From assembly GCA_022614805.1 (NCBI GenBank), contig JAKEHY010000020.1:89449-153448 (forward strand): a DNA stretch of 64,000 nt, in the 5' to 3' direction. This document shows positions 8,799 through 18,188 of the stretch, piece after piece. The first letter of the stretch is position 1; the number at the start of each line of letters is the position of its first letter. Both the position numbers and the translations under genes were made by a program. The notes beneath the pieces are model-generated. The model was given only the letters and a program-made list of their open reading frames with translations. It was not told the DNA's origin and ran no database searches. This stretch comes from Candidatus Zixiibacteriota bacterium. Lineage in GTDB: Bacteria > Zixibacteria > MSB-5A5 > DSPP01.

Positions 8799-10598
8799 TT
8801 AAAATTCAATCCGTAAGTTAATCCGGTTCAAAATAGCGTTGTCGGGTGAAAAAGGCATAAAGGCCTCTCCGGGATTAAACAATCCAAAACTATAAGCCAG
8901 ATTAACACGCTGTAAGATTCTTTGAATGCCCAAAATGAAGTCCAGTTCCCATCCCAAATCTTTGGATAGTCCGGTGGGAATGGCGGGCGGCGCGATTAAC
9001 TCGGAACGCACATCGTTATCCAGCTGGTTTTGCCGGTAGGTGTGAAAGATGGCATCGAAGGAAACCTGCCGGTGCGGTCGAAAACCGGCACCTGCCGTTA
9101 GAATTTGAAGGTTGGCCAGCTCCGGGTCCAGCACCTCGCCGTAGTACTGGAAATTGGCAAAACCGCCAAACCGACCGGAGTTATCCTCGTAACCGGTCTG
9201 CCGAAACTCCTGCGAAATCGAATCTCCGCTTACCTTATCCCCAGAGCCGAGGGAATAGCCCAGGGTTAAGCTGGGCCGCAAGTGATGATCGGTAGCTGCA
9301 AAGGTTGCCCCAAAATCAAGTGCGTATGCCTCCTGGTCGCGCTGTTTGTCGGTACCCCGCAGCAAGCCGGCTTGCAGCCAGCCTGTTATAAACCTTTTTG
9401 GGCGGCCGTAATAGGAAAGGCCCCAGTACACTGGTTCGCGGTTGCGGGCATCGGAGTCCCGGCGTTTCAGCATATAAACGTTGGCTTCGTTTTTGCCATC
9501 CGGGATAAAGCGAACCCGGAAAAGGAAATCATCCCAGGTACGGTATTTCTCATCCTGAAAGGGGAAAAGGGAGGGAAGAAAAGAAGCCTCCAGCACCACC
9601 GGTTGGGTTTCATAGAAGTAAAGCCGGACGGCGTCGAGGTATTCGTCGAATAGCCACTCCCGTTGATCCCGCACCCGCTGTTTGCCGACCATTAAAGCCG
9701 CCTTTCGTCCCGCCGGGGCGCGCAAAAGCAAGTATGCCTGGATGGCCTGAAATTCAAAGCGGGTCGACTCCGCCGTGGAGGGGCGGTTCGGGAACGTGCC
9801 AAAGGTGTACTTTTTCCGCAGCCGCAGTTGCAAAAAGCTCTGCACCTCCGGCGCCCAGTTGCCAGCCGCCTCCAGCCTTAGGGCCGGCTCGGTATCCTGA
9901 TAGTCGTCCTTCTGAACTTCAGATAAAGTGTAGCGTTTCTCCAGACGAGTCGTCTGACGGTAGTCGCCGGAAAGAAGCAATTGGTCACCGACTCGGAGAT
10001 GGGGAAAGTTGATTCCGCCCTCGTCGGCGGTCAGGTTGCCGAAAAGCTCGTTTTCCAAATAGCGCGCCGAGCCGTACAAATCGGTCTCCTCCGTCACCAA
10101 AATCTTCAAGCCGGATATTTCAATGGTGTCCGGCGGCTTGCTGTCAAAGATCAGCCGGGTAATCGTTCCTTTGATTTTGTCCGACGCTTTGATTTCGTTC
10201 CAGTCGATTTTATCAGCCGTCCAAGTGCCTTGTTCACTCACATTACAGGTGATTTCCAGCCGCATTCCGTCTTTTAACGCTTGAATTCCTACGGTACCCT
10301 CCCCTCGGGCCGGGAAAAGGGTTCTGGCTTCCACTTTTATTTTGAGGCCGAAAAGGACGAAAGAAGAATCCTTGCGGTCCAGCTTATCGATTGTCCCCCG
10401 CAGCTTGGGCCGGCGGGCCTTCGCCAGTTTTTCTACCGAGCGGGCGATGAATATTCCTTCCCCGCTCCAGCTACCGGAGACCTCCACCCCGTCCCCTTCT
10501 TTCAGCTTGGTGTACGGCCCGGCCTCCGTGCTTTTGCTCAGCCCAAGCGTTAGGGCGAAAACGGAAAACCACAGTATCGTCCGGTTTCTGTTCAACAT
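8799..10598 (-). CDS. Two DUF5666 domains fused to an alginate-export (AlgE-like) outer-membrane beta-barrel
   Basis: ATG at 10598 with AAGGAGG SD, overlapping the upstream TGA. Signal peptide. N-terminal half is paralogous to the next gene. C-terminal barrel has VGKQR..D.REWLFDEYLDA, YGEVLDPELANL and DLGWELDF, ending in F. Confidence 0.7.
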   Translation of the reverse strand: MLNRNRTILWFSVFALTLGLSKSTEAGPYTKLKEGDGVEVSGSWSGEGIFIARSVEKLAKARRPKLRGTIDKLDRKDSSFVLFGLKIKVEARTLFPARGEGTVGIQALKDGMRLEITCNVSEQGTWTADKIDWNEIKASDKIKGTITRLIFDSKPPDTIEISGLKILVTEETDLYGSARYLENELFGNLTADEGGINFPHLRVGDQLLLSGDYRQTTRLEKRYTLSEVQKDDYQDTEPALRLEAAGNWAPEVQSFLQLRLRKKYTFGTFPNRPSTAESTRFEFQAIQAYLLLRAPAGRKAALMVGKQRVRDQREWLFDEYLDAVRLYFYETQPVVLEASFLPSLFPFQDEKYRTWDDFLFRVRFIPDGKNEANVYMLKRRDSDARNREPVYWGLSYYGRPKRFITGWLQAGLLRGTDKQRDQEAYALDFGATFAATDHHLRPSLTLGYSLGSGDKVSGDSISQEFRQTGYEDNSGRFGGFANFQYYGEVLDPELANLQILTAGAGFRPHRQVSFDAIFHTYRQNQLDNDVRSELIAPPAIPTGLSKDLGWELDFILGIQRILQRVNLAYSFGLFNPGEAFMPFSPDNAILNRINLRIEF

Positions 10599-11233
10599 CA
10601 ATCCCTCCTTGTGCTGGTTTTTGTAAGCCGCAGTTCCATTATAGGAGAAACAGCAGCGGCGCTTTGCTGTGACCCGGGCGTTAAGGCTGGTGTCTCCGTC
10701 CCCCACGGCCCAAAGAGGTCGGTGCCTTCCACCACCAGTATCTTGAGCCCGGAGATTTCAAAGGTATCCGGCGGGGTCCCGTCGAAGGCCAAGCGGGTGA
10801 CCGTCCCTTTGATTTTATCCGAGGGCTTCAGTTTGCCGGTTTCAATTTTCCTGGCTATCCAGTTTCCGAACTCATCCACGCGCGAAGTCACCTCCACACG
10901 CATTTTAGCTTTGAAGTTTTCAAAGCGCACGGCCTGCCCGCCGTTGTCCATAAATTCGGTTTTGTCGTCCACCTTGATTTTCACCCCGAACAGAACAAAG
11001 CTTTTCTCCGGCGTCAAAATTTTGACGATGGCCCCGCGCAGCTTGGGGCGGCGGGGGTCCGGCAGCTTTTCGATGTCGTCGGCCACAAAAACGCCGGCTT
11101 TTTTGTCCCATTCGCCGTCTACCTCCACGGCGTCGCCGATTTTCAGCTTCATATACTCCGGTTTAGGAGAGGCAGACGCCGGCACGCTTGAAAAAAGCAG
11201 GAACGGCAGTACAGAAAACAGCATTTTACGCAT
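10598..11233 (-). CDS. Periplasmic DUF5666 (OB-fold-like) repeat protein
   Basis: Signal peptide. LKIGDAVEVDG / LRGAI..I......FVLFGVKIKVD.KTEF / IKGTVTR...DTFEISGLKILV repeats. Confidence 0.7.
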   Translation of the reverse strand: MRKMLFSVLPFLLFSSVPASASPKPEYMKLKIGDAVEVDGEWDKKAGVFVADDIEKLPDPRRPKLRGAIVKILTPEKSFVLFGVKIKVDDKTEFMDNGGQAVRFENFKAKMRVEVTSRVDEFGNWIARKIETGKLKPSDKIKGTVTRLAFDGTPPDTFEISGLKILVVEGTDLFGPWGTETPALTPGSQQSAAAVSPIMELRLTKTSTRRD

Positions 11234-12533
11234 TAGATTCTCCTCTTGGGGTTTTCTTCGATTGTTCCAAAAGTGGAATGGCCAGCTTTTTCCAGCGCGG
11301 GCGGAGGGAATACAGACAGGCCAGCCGCAAAAGACTTGCGGCCTCCCACCAGGTGGTCCTTTTTTGAAAATTTTTTCCGGTCATCGGGCTTTTGCTTGGA
11401 TGATAAGCTTCAAGAAAATTCGTTCGAGCTTGCCCTACGATTTTTTCCGGAAGCGAATGCTGCTTGCCGCGCAAAATAAGGTGGGCCAAAAAATTCCCCA
11501 CATCCTGGGCCGGGTCCCCCCGCGACAGGGCGTCTGTGTCCAAAAGGGTCGTTCGATTTGAACCGGCCAAAAGCTGTTTGTCGTAAAAGTCGCGATGCAA
11601 CGGCGCAAATTCTTTTTCTTCCATGGCCGGACGGCTGCTTTCAAGTTTTTTCCAAACTTCGTGAACGTTTTCCTGCAACGCCGGATAAATTCGGGCGGTT
11701 TCAAAGGCAAGGTCTTTAAGCTCGGACAGGGCTTCCTCGATAGTGTAGAGCGAAAGGTTTTGGAGTTTTGCCGAATGGAGCTTTTGCAGCGCCAACCCGG
11801 CCGAGCGGCAGCCGGGAATGAAACGCTCCGTTTCAATTAAATCGTGCAGGGAGGAGTCGGCAATCGCTTCCAGCCACAAAACCCCTTCCGAAGTGGCGGT
11901 AACCGGATGGGGTACGCGGATATTCTCTTTACTTGAGGCGCCAAAGCCGTTTTCTTCGAGGGTTCGGAGCTGCTCAAAAAGCCCGGCGGCTTTTTCCGAC
12001 CGCACCAACTTGGCTACTAAAGAAAGGGTGCGTCCGTGTTCGCTTACGCTTATGTTCAAAATTCCCCGCCGTTCAAGCCGGTATCCCAAAACGTCCACTT
12101 TCACTACCTGCGCTGTGCCGTTTAAGCCAAGGGTTTGGGTCAGGGGCTGCAAAAGACCGGGGCCGGGCGCCGGATCGAAGAATTGCGCCAGCGTCTTGAT
12201 CTTCGGATCGAAGGGAAAAACCGGAACTACCAGCCGGATGTTGGCAACAAAAAAGGCGTTCGGCTCCTTGGCGTAGGCCGGAATCATTTCGGAAGGGGAT
12301 AGAAGCCGTCCGAAGAAAATCCGGGGTTGGTGGCCGTGCTCGTCCACCGTCGAAAAGCGGTACTGAATGAGAAATTTTCCTTCACCCTTGGGAATGACTC
12401 TTGGAATGTGAAAGTTTGCAATTTCCACCGTACGGCCCCAGAGACGGGAGAGCGGGGCCTGAAAAATCGGCGGCATTACGGCTTCGTCCGTAGCCGCCGC
12501 CAGGTGGGAATAGGCCGGGCTCGGTTTCAGCAT
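11226..12533 (-). CDS. Aminoglycoside-phosphotransferase/choline-kinase-like (APH) protein
   Basis: LVAKL lysine, HRDFYDKQLL catalytic loop, LLDTD and D+GNFLAHL. Start reassigned to ATG 12533. Confidence 0.75.
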   Translation of the reverse strand: MLKPSPAYSHLAAATDEAVMPPIFQAPLSRLWGRTVEIANFHIPRVIPKGEGKFLIQYRFSTVDEHGHQPRIFFGRLLSPSEMIPAYAKEPNAFFVANIRLVVPVFPFDPKIKTLAQFFDPAPGPGLLQPLTQTLGLNGTAQVVKVDVLGYRLERRGILNISVSEHGRTLSLVAKLVRSEKAAGLFEQLRTLEENGFGASSKENIRVPHPVTATSEGVLWLEAIADSSLHDLIETERFIPGCRSAGLALQKLHSAKLQNLSLYTIEEALSELKDLAFETARIYPALQENVHEVWKKLESSRPAMEEKEFAPLHRDFYDKQLLAGSNRTTLLDTDALSRGDPAQDVGNFLAHLILRGKQHSLPEKIVGQARTNFLEAYHPSKSPMTGKNFQKRTTWWEAASLLRLACLYSLRPRWKKLAIPLLEQSKKTPRGESNA

Positions 12534-13897
12534 AAGATTTCCTCGACGGCCTGCAAAATTTCTCTCGTCTTTTCCGGCCAGCCGGCATCCAAACGGCGAA
12601 AGGGGGAAACCGACAGAAAGAAAAGCGAAAGGGCCGTCCACCACTTGAGCTCTTCCATTTCGACTTCTACTTTCGCCCAGTCCGCGTACGCTTCCGCCCA
12701 GCGCTGGGCCAACTCTCCAGTTTTAGGTAGTCGGTTTTCAAGTTCGAGCAATCGGAGGTGGGCGGCAAAATTCCCCACGTCGGCCAACGAGTTTCCCGTG
12801 TGGCTGCGGTCGAAATCGAGAAAGCCGACTTTCTCCCCGTCGATGAGCACCTGCCCGTAGTAGAAATCTCCGTGTACAAAACTTAATTCAAGTTTGCTTT
12901 CCGGTATTTGATTTTCCAACCTTTCACGGACTTTTGTAATCTGGCCGGCGTCCTCCGGCAAAAGCGCGCCAAGCATTTTTTCGGTTTCGCTGGCTTCAAC
13001 CAAAAAATCCCGGGGACGCCAGACGGAGAGCTTTTCATCAAACTGCCTGTGCAAACCGGCCAAAGCCGCGGCCGTGCGCTCGATGACGGAAGCGGCCGCC
13101 TCTGTTGTAAGCAATTCCAAAAGGGGTTTGCCGGCCAGAGCTTCCATAAGTAATATCCGGCGTTCCGGCTCATAGCTGTAAGGTGTGGGAACGACCGGAA
13201 GGCCTTGGTTGGATACGTTTTTCTTCAAAACTTGCATTCGGCGGAACACCTCTTCTCCCTGATTTTCTCCATACACCCGCCAGTACACTTCCACGTTCCG
13301 TTTTTCTTCCGTTTGGTGATGAATGGCCTTCGTTTCCGAACGGAAAACCGCCCGACGCTCCGGCTTGTAGCGTATCAACTCTGTATTCAAACGCTTGTCC
13401 GACAGTCGCCATTGGTCAGACGGATAAGCAGAAAGATTTTCGTAGAGAAACCGCTGCAGTTTTTTCGGCTCCTCCAAAATACGCAGCACGTCCAAAACGG
13501 CGTCGTTGGGAAAGGCGAAAAGCAAAGCGCATGCTTCGTCCCAGCGTGCAACCGAAGGGCCAAACGGCACATCCACCCAGCGGTGGTTTTCGGCCTTGGT
13601 GGCCGATAAAAGATATCCGTTGGTGGTCGTCCCCTTGGCGTAAAAGATGACGGGCTCCCGCTCTCCTGTTTCGGAATTTTTCCTCGCGAACTCGTAGGCC
13701 ACAATACAGCTCGTTTTCGGCTTGTAACGCAAATAGAAGATGCGGCCCTCCTCCACTTCGGCGCCAGCGGCACAAAGCGCCTCCCGGGCTTTGGCCGCGT
13801 CCAAAAGCAGCGGCAGGCCGGTTAAAACTTCATCCGGCGGCAGGGGGATGCTACTCACCGGCGACGGAAGCGGACTCGAATAAATTTCGCTTTTCAT
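12527..13897 (-). CDS. APH-like phosphotransferase with a duplicated N-terminal RYKP module
   Basis: HGDFYYGQVL, FLDFD and DVGNFAAHL motifs. YLRYKP and IRYKP modules. Likely ATG at 13897. Confidence 0.75.
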   Translation of the reverse strand: MKSEIYSSPLPSPVSSIPLPPDEVLTGLPLLLDAAKAREALCAAGAEVEEGRIFYLRYKPKTSCIVAYEFARKNSETGEREPVIFYAKGTTTNGYLLSATKAENHRWVDVPFGPSVARWDEACALLFAFPNDAVLDVLRILEEPKKLQRFLYENLSAYPSDQWRLSDKRLNTELIRYKPERRAVFRSETKAIHHQTEEKRNVEVYWRVYGENQGEEVFRRMQVLKKNVSNQGLPVVPTPYSYEPERRILLMEALAGKPLLELLTTEAAASVIERTAAALAGLHRQFDEKLSVWRPRDFLVEASETEKMLGALLPEDAGQITKVRERLENQIPESKLELSFVHGDFYYGQVLIDGEKVGFLDFDRSHTGNSLADVGNFAAHLRLLELENRLPKTGELAQRWAEAYADWAKVEVEMEELKWWTALSLFFLSVSPFRRLDAGWPEKTREILQAVEEILC

Positions 13898-15716
13898 TCT
13901 GGGTAAGCCACTCCTCGTAGAAAACAAAAAATCTCCCCTTTTTATTCAACAATTCCTGCACCGTTCCTTTTTCCACTACCCGTCCCTCCTCCAGGTAAAC
14001 CACCCGGTCGGCCAGATTCAAAAAGTTCAGCCGGTGGGTTATCAAAAGCAGCGTCCGGCCTTCTTTTAACGCGGCCAAAGCATCCTCGGCCACTTTTTCG
14101 GCCTGGGGGTCGAGCCCCGTGGCCGGTTCGTCAAAAATCATGATTTTTGAATCGCGTAACGCGGCCCGGGCAAAGGTGATACGCTGGCGCTGGCCACCGG
14201 AGAGGGTCTGGCCCCCTTCTCCCACCAACGTGTTATACCCTTCCGGCAGATTGCGGATAAATTCGTCGGCTCCAACCTTGCGGGCGGCTGCGGCTATTTC
14301 CTCAAAACCCGCCATGGGATTGCCAAAAGCGATGTTTTCCAGAATCGACGTGCGGAATAGAAACGCCTCCTGTGAAAGGGAGGTGATCCGCTTGCGCAGC
14401 GATTTGATTCGGTAGTCTCCTATCGGTGTCCCATCGATGTAAATAGTTCCCGAAGCCGGTTCATAAAGCCGCAAAATCAGCTTGGCTATTGTCGATTTTC
14501 CTGCGCCGCTCGGGCCGATGATAGCGGTGGTTTTTCCGGCCGGCAAAGAGAAGCTCACCTCCTCGAGCGCTGGCTGTCCGGGCTGGTAGGCAAAGCGGAC
14601 CTTATCGAACCGAATTTCCCCTTTTATATCCCGGGCGGAAATCGCTTCCGGCTTGTCGGTGACCTCCGGCTGGATGTGCAAAATCTCCAGAATCCGCTCC
14701 CCGCAAACGGTGGCCTTGGCCGTGCGGGAGGAAAGCTGTGCCACGTCCCGCAGCGGTCTGTAGGCGGTACGCAGATAGGAAAGAAAAATCAAAAGATTGC
14801 CGGCGGTAAGCTGCCCCGCCAAAACCTCCTTTACGCCGAAAAATAAAACCAGAACCGTTCCCAGAGCGGTCAAAACATCCACCCAGCGGGAATAGGCGGC
14901 TTCCAAGCGAGTGGCTTTGAGACCGGCCTTGACATCGGAAGAAACTGATTTCCCCAAAAGTTTTTCGTGCCATTTTTCCCGGCCAAAGACCTTGGTCACG
15001 CTGATGCCGGAAACCCCTTCATAGGCGGCGGCAGAAAGCTGCCCCTCCTTTTTGCGCGCCCGGCGGGAGGCCTCCTTCAACTTGGTGGAAAAACGCAGGG
15101 TGGTCAAAAACAGAAAAGGCATTACAGCAAAAGCCAGCAAAGTCAGCTTCCAGTTCATATAGAACATCAAGCCGAGCATTCCAAAAACGATGAAAATCCG
15201 GCTCCCCAGAGTGATGAAAATCGAAGTTAAAAGTTCCTTCAGGAGGTTGATGTCTCCCGTCAGGCGCATCATCAGCTCGCCGGTCTGGCGGTAGTCGTGG
15301 TAGCTCTGGGGGAGGCGCTGAATGTGGGAAAAAAGCTCCAGCCGGATGGCGCCGGTCACCTTTTGACCGGCCGAGGCAAAAAGCACGTTCTGGGCGTAAG
15401 AAAATAAAGCTCCAAAAACTGCGAGCAGAATTACCCCTCCGGCGGCCAGAAGTAAAACGGTTATCGGGTCCCATTGGGTCAGGGGTACCAGAAAGTTCCA
15501 GTCCCGCTGGGCCCGGGATGGAATCAGGATGTAATCAAAGACAATCTTGAGAGGCCAGGGCCGAGCCAGCTCCACCAATGCCAGACCCAAAAGGGAGGCT
15601 CCGCCCAAAGCCAGGTTTTTTTTATGAGACCTTAAGTGTTTTCCAAAATGGTGGAAGATCCGGGACAAGCCGGCCCAATCAATACGGGCAAACGGAGATT
15701 TGAATTTTACGGCCAT
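13851..15716 (-). CDS. ABC exporter, fused permease and ATPase (MsbA-like type IV)
   Basis: TM domain, Walker A GPSGAGKST, signature LSGGQRQR, Walker B IFDE, H-loop ITHR. Confidence 0.9.
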   Translation of the reverse strand: MAVKFKSPFARIDWAGLSRIFHHFGKHLRSHKKNLALGGASLLGLALVELARPWPLKIVFDYILIPSRAQRDWNFLVPLTQWDPITVLLLAAGGVILLAVFGALFSYAQNVLFASAGQKVTGAIRLELFSHIQRLPQSYHDYRQTGELMMRLTGDINLLKELLTSIFITLGSRIFIVFGMLGLMFYMNWKLTLLAFAVMPFLFLTTLRFSTKLKEASRRARKKEGQLSAAAYEGVSGISVTKVFGREKWHEKLLGKSVSSDVKAGLKATRLEAAYSRWVDVLTALGTVLVLFFGVKEVLAGQLTAGNLLIFLSYLRTAYRPLRDVAQLSSRTAKATVCGERILEILHIQPEVTDKPEAISARDIKGEIRFDKVRFAYQPGQPALEEVSFSLPAGKTTAIIGPSGAGKSTIAKLILRLYEPASGTIYIDGTPIGDYRIKSLRKRITSLSQEAFLFRTSILENIAFGNPMAGFEEIAAAARKVGADEFIRNLPEGYNTLVGEGGQTLSGGQRQRITFARAALRDSKIMIFDEPATGLDPQAEKVAEDALAALKEGRTLLLITHRLNFLNLADRVVYLEEGRVVEKGTVQELLNKKGRFFVFYEEWLTQNEKRNLFESASVAGE

Positions 15717-15717
15717 A

Positions 15718-16911
15718 TTATTTTTTATCCATCAACGATTCGAAAATTTCCTGGATGGTGTGCAGACGGTTTTTCCAGGTATGTTTCACTTTGACCATCT
15801 TCTGCGCCTGCTTTCCCAACTTTTCGCCCAACGTACGGTCGGATTTTAATCGGAACAGGGCGGAGGCCAACGCCTCGGGGTCTTCCGGCGGAACCAAAAG
15901 GGCGTTCTTTTCATTTTCCAGAATTTCCGCCACCTGCCCGATTCGGGAAGCCACAATCGGGCGCCCGGCGGCCATATACTCAAAAATCTTAAGCGGCGAG
16001 AAGTAAAAGCCGTCCATATGGGGATAAGGGGCCACCAAAGCGTCCAAGGTTCTCAAAGTTCTTGGAATTTCCTCGAAATCGATGACGCCGGTAAAGGCGA
16101 CCCGGCTATGAATTCCCAGCTTATGGGCCAGTTTCTCCAAGGAAGGGCGCAGGGGCCCGTCCCCCACAATTTTCAGTTCGAAATTCTGGTCTTCCGGCAA
16201 GCGGCGAAACGCTTCCAGCAAGAATTCCAGCCCGTGCCAAGGTTTCAAGCTGCCTACAAACCCGACTGTAAATTTACCTTCTCCATGTTTTCCCGGCGCT
16301 CCATTGGCGGCGCGCACGGCAAGGAAAGGCCGAATGTCCACCCCGTTGGGTACTACCGTAACGGATGCGCTCGGCGCAACGGAGTGAATGTATTCCTTGA
16401 CCGCCTCAGAGACCGCCACGAGGTGACCGGCGTTGGAAAAAAGATATCCTTCCACGGCCTTCGCCAACGGCTCCAGCATCAACTGCCGGTGGGTCTTCGC
16501 CTCTTCCACCATCGGCGAGTTAACTTCCAAAACGAAGGGAAATTTGTTATCTTTCGCCCAGGAAAGTCCAGCTATCCCAAAAAGTGAATAGCGTTCATAA
16601 ATTAAGTCAAACTTTTTAGCCGGGATTTTCTTCAAAAGCTTTTTCAACCCAAAGTTTCGGGCAAACGCCCTGGTTTCAGCCAGAAGATGGAACTGTTCCG
16701 GAATCTCCTGATGGAAGAAGTCGATTCCCATTTTCGGCAGTTCATACACATCCTTTGTCTTACGGCGCGAATCCCCCAGCCGCGCCACCGCTGTCGTTAC
16801 TTTATGCCCGGCCTCTTTGAGCGCTTTGGTAAACTCCCGGATGTGGATGGAAGCTCCTTTCATTCCCCAAAAAGGAATACCGGAGTCAAACGATAGATAC
16901 AGAATTCTCAT
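15718..16911 (-). CDS. GT4 family glycosyltransferase
   Basis: YERYSLF, VVPNGVD, GFVGSLKPWHG, FSPLKIFEYMAAG. Confidence 0.9.
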   Translation of the reverse strand: MRILYLSFDSGIPFWGMKGASIHIREFTKALKEAGHKVTTAVARLGDSRRKTKDVYELPKMGIDFFHQEIPEQFHLLAETRAFARNFGLKKLLKKIPAKKFDLIYERYSLFGIAGLSWAKDNKFPFVLEVNSPMVEEAKTHRQLMLEPLAKAVEGYLFSNAGHLVAVSEAVKEYIHSVAPSASVTVVPNGVDIRPFLAVRAANGAPGKHGEGKFTVGFVGSLKPWHGLEFLLEAFRRLPEDQNFELKIVGDGPLRPSLEKLAHKLGIHSRVAFTGVIDFEEIPRTLRTLDALVAPYPHMDGFYFSPLKIFEYMAAGRPIVASRIGQVAEILENEKNALLVPPEDPEALASALFRLKSDRTLGEKLGKQAQKMVKVKHTWKNRLHTIQEIFESLMDKK

Positions 16912-18188
16912 ATCGTTTTTCCCGCCAGAGACGACGGTATGGTTGCTTCCGTCGGTTTGTTTCCCACTTCAACGGATTGCCGGTAAAAACTTTCCAAAGT
17001 TGCCACACTCTTTTTCAGATCAAACTTTTCTTCTACTTTTTTTCTTCCTTCCCGCGCAAAGCGGGCCGCCAATTCGGGAGAATCAAGAACTTTCTCAATG
17101 GCCTCGGCCAAAGCGGGCGGGTTATCCGGCGGAACTAGAAGGCCGTTTTTGCCTTCGTCAACTATTTCCGGTATCCCCGATACGGTGGTGGAAACTACCG
17201 GACAGCCGGTACCGAGAGCCTCCAGAAGCACGGTCGGCAGGGCATCCTGATTGCCGTCCGTATCCACCGTGCAGGGCAGGGCCAAAACGGAAGCCCGCTT
17301 GAGACAGGGCAGCACTTCGACCTGGGTTTTGGGACCCGCAAAGGTTACAATATCGGCAAGCCCCAACGCCTGCCTTCTGGCTTCCAGTACTTCCGCCTCT
17401 TCCCCCTGGCCGATGATGATGCAGCGGAAGGGGATTTTCTTTTCCTTCAAAATGGCGCAGGCCTTCAGCAAATCCGGAAACCCTTTTTTGGGAACCAATC
17501 TCCCAATGGATAAAATAAGATCCTGCTCACGCGGCAGTTGGGGTTCGAAGTTGAAAAAATCCAGACGGATGCCGTTGTATAAGACTTTAATTTTTTCCGC
17601 CGGAACCGTTGGATACGTGGAAGTCAGAAATCGGCGATTAAACTCCGTGACTGTGATCACAAAACGGGCGGCCAGCAATTTTTCTTGCAGCATTTTTTGA
17701 TTGACGGAATCCCGGAAAATATCTTTGGCGTGGGCGGTGAAGCTGAAGGGCAGCCCGGAAATCCGGCTGACAAAATAGGCCGCCGTGGAAGGAAGGCTGG
17801 CAAAGTGAGCGTGCAGGTGCATAACCCCGTGACTCAAGGCCAAGGCGGCCGCCCAGGCGGAGCCGAAAAAAAGTTCCATAAGCGAAGGTTCGTTCTGTGG
17901 CACCAGTTCTTCGAGAAGCTTCCAGAGCTCGGCCCGGCGGGGAGAAAGGGTGGGCCAGTTTTCGGCCAAAACGGCCCACCCTTTTTTGGGCTCAAGCTCG
18001 TCCAGGTAGTAAACTGGAGCCTTGATTTCGGCCACCTGCGGATGAAAACGCCCCTCGTTCGGCTTTTTCAGGGAAAAAATCGTGACCTCCAAACCCCGCC
18101 GTTCCAGTTCCAAAATCTCGTTCAGAATGAAAGTCTCCGAAAGCCGGGGATACATTTTGACGAAATAGCCGACTCTTAAGGGACTCAT
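16908..18188 (-). CDS. GT4 family glycosyltransferase (WcaL-like)
   Basis: YPRLSETFI, HLHAHFA, FTAHAKDI, IGRLVPKKG, LPTVLLEA. Confidence 0.9.
   Translation of the reverse strand: MSPLRVGYFVKMYPRLSETFILNEILELERRGLEVTIFSLKKPNEGRFHPQVAEIKAPVYYLDELEPKKGWAVLAENWPTLSPRRAELWKLLEELVPQNEPSLMELFFGSAWAAALALSHGVMHLHAHFASLPSTAAYFVSRISGLPFSFTAHAKDIFRDSVNQKMLQEKLLAARFVITVTEFNRRFLTSTYPTVPAEKIKVLYNGIRLDFFNFEPQLPREQDLILSIGRLVPKKGFPDLLKACAILKEKKIPFRCIIIGQGEEAEVLEARRQALGLADIVTFAGPKTQVEVLPCLKRASVLALPCTVDTDGNQDALPTVLLEALGTGCPVVSTTVSGIPEIVDEGKNGLLVPPDNPPALAEAIEKVLDSPELAARFAREGRKKVEEKFDLKKSVATLESFYRQSVEVGNKPTEATIPSSLAGKTI

Noticed and set aside
11226-13897. Aminoglycoside resistance genes
   Set aside because: Only the kinase fold motifs match. 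The proteins are much longer than APH enzymes and are embedded in a glycosyltransferase operon.
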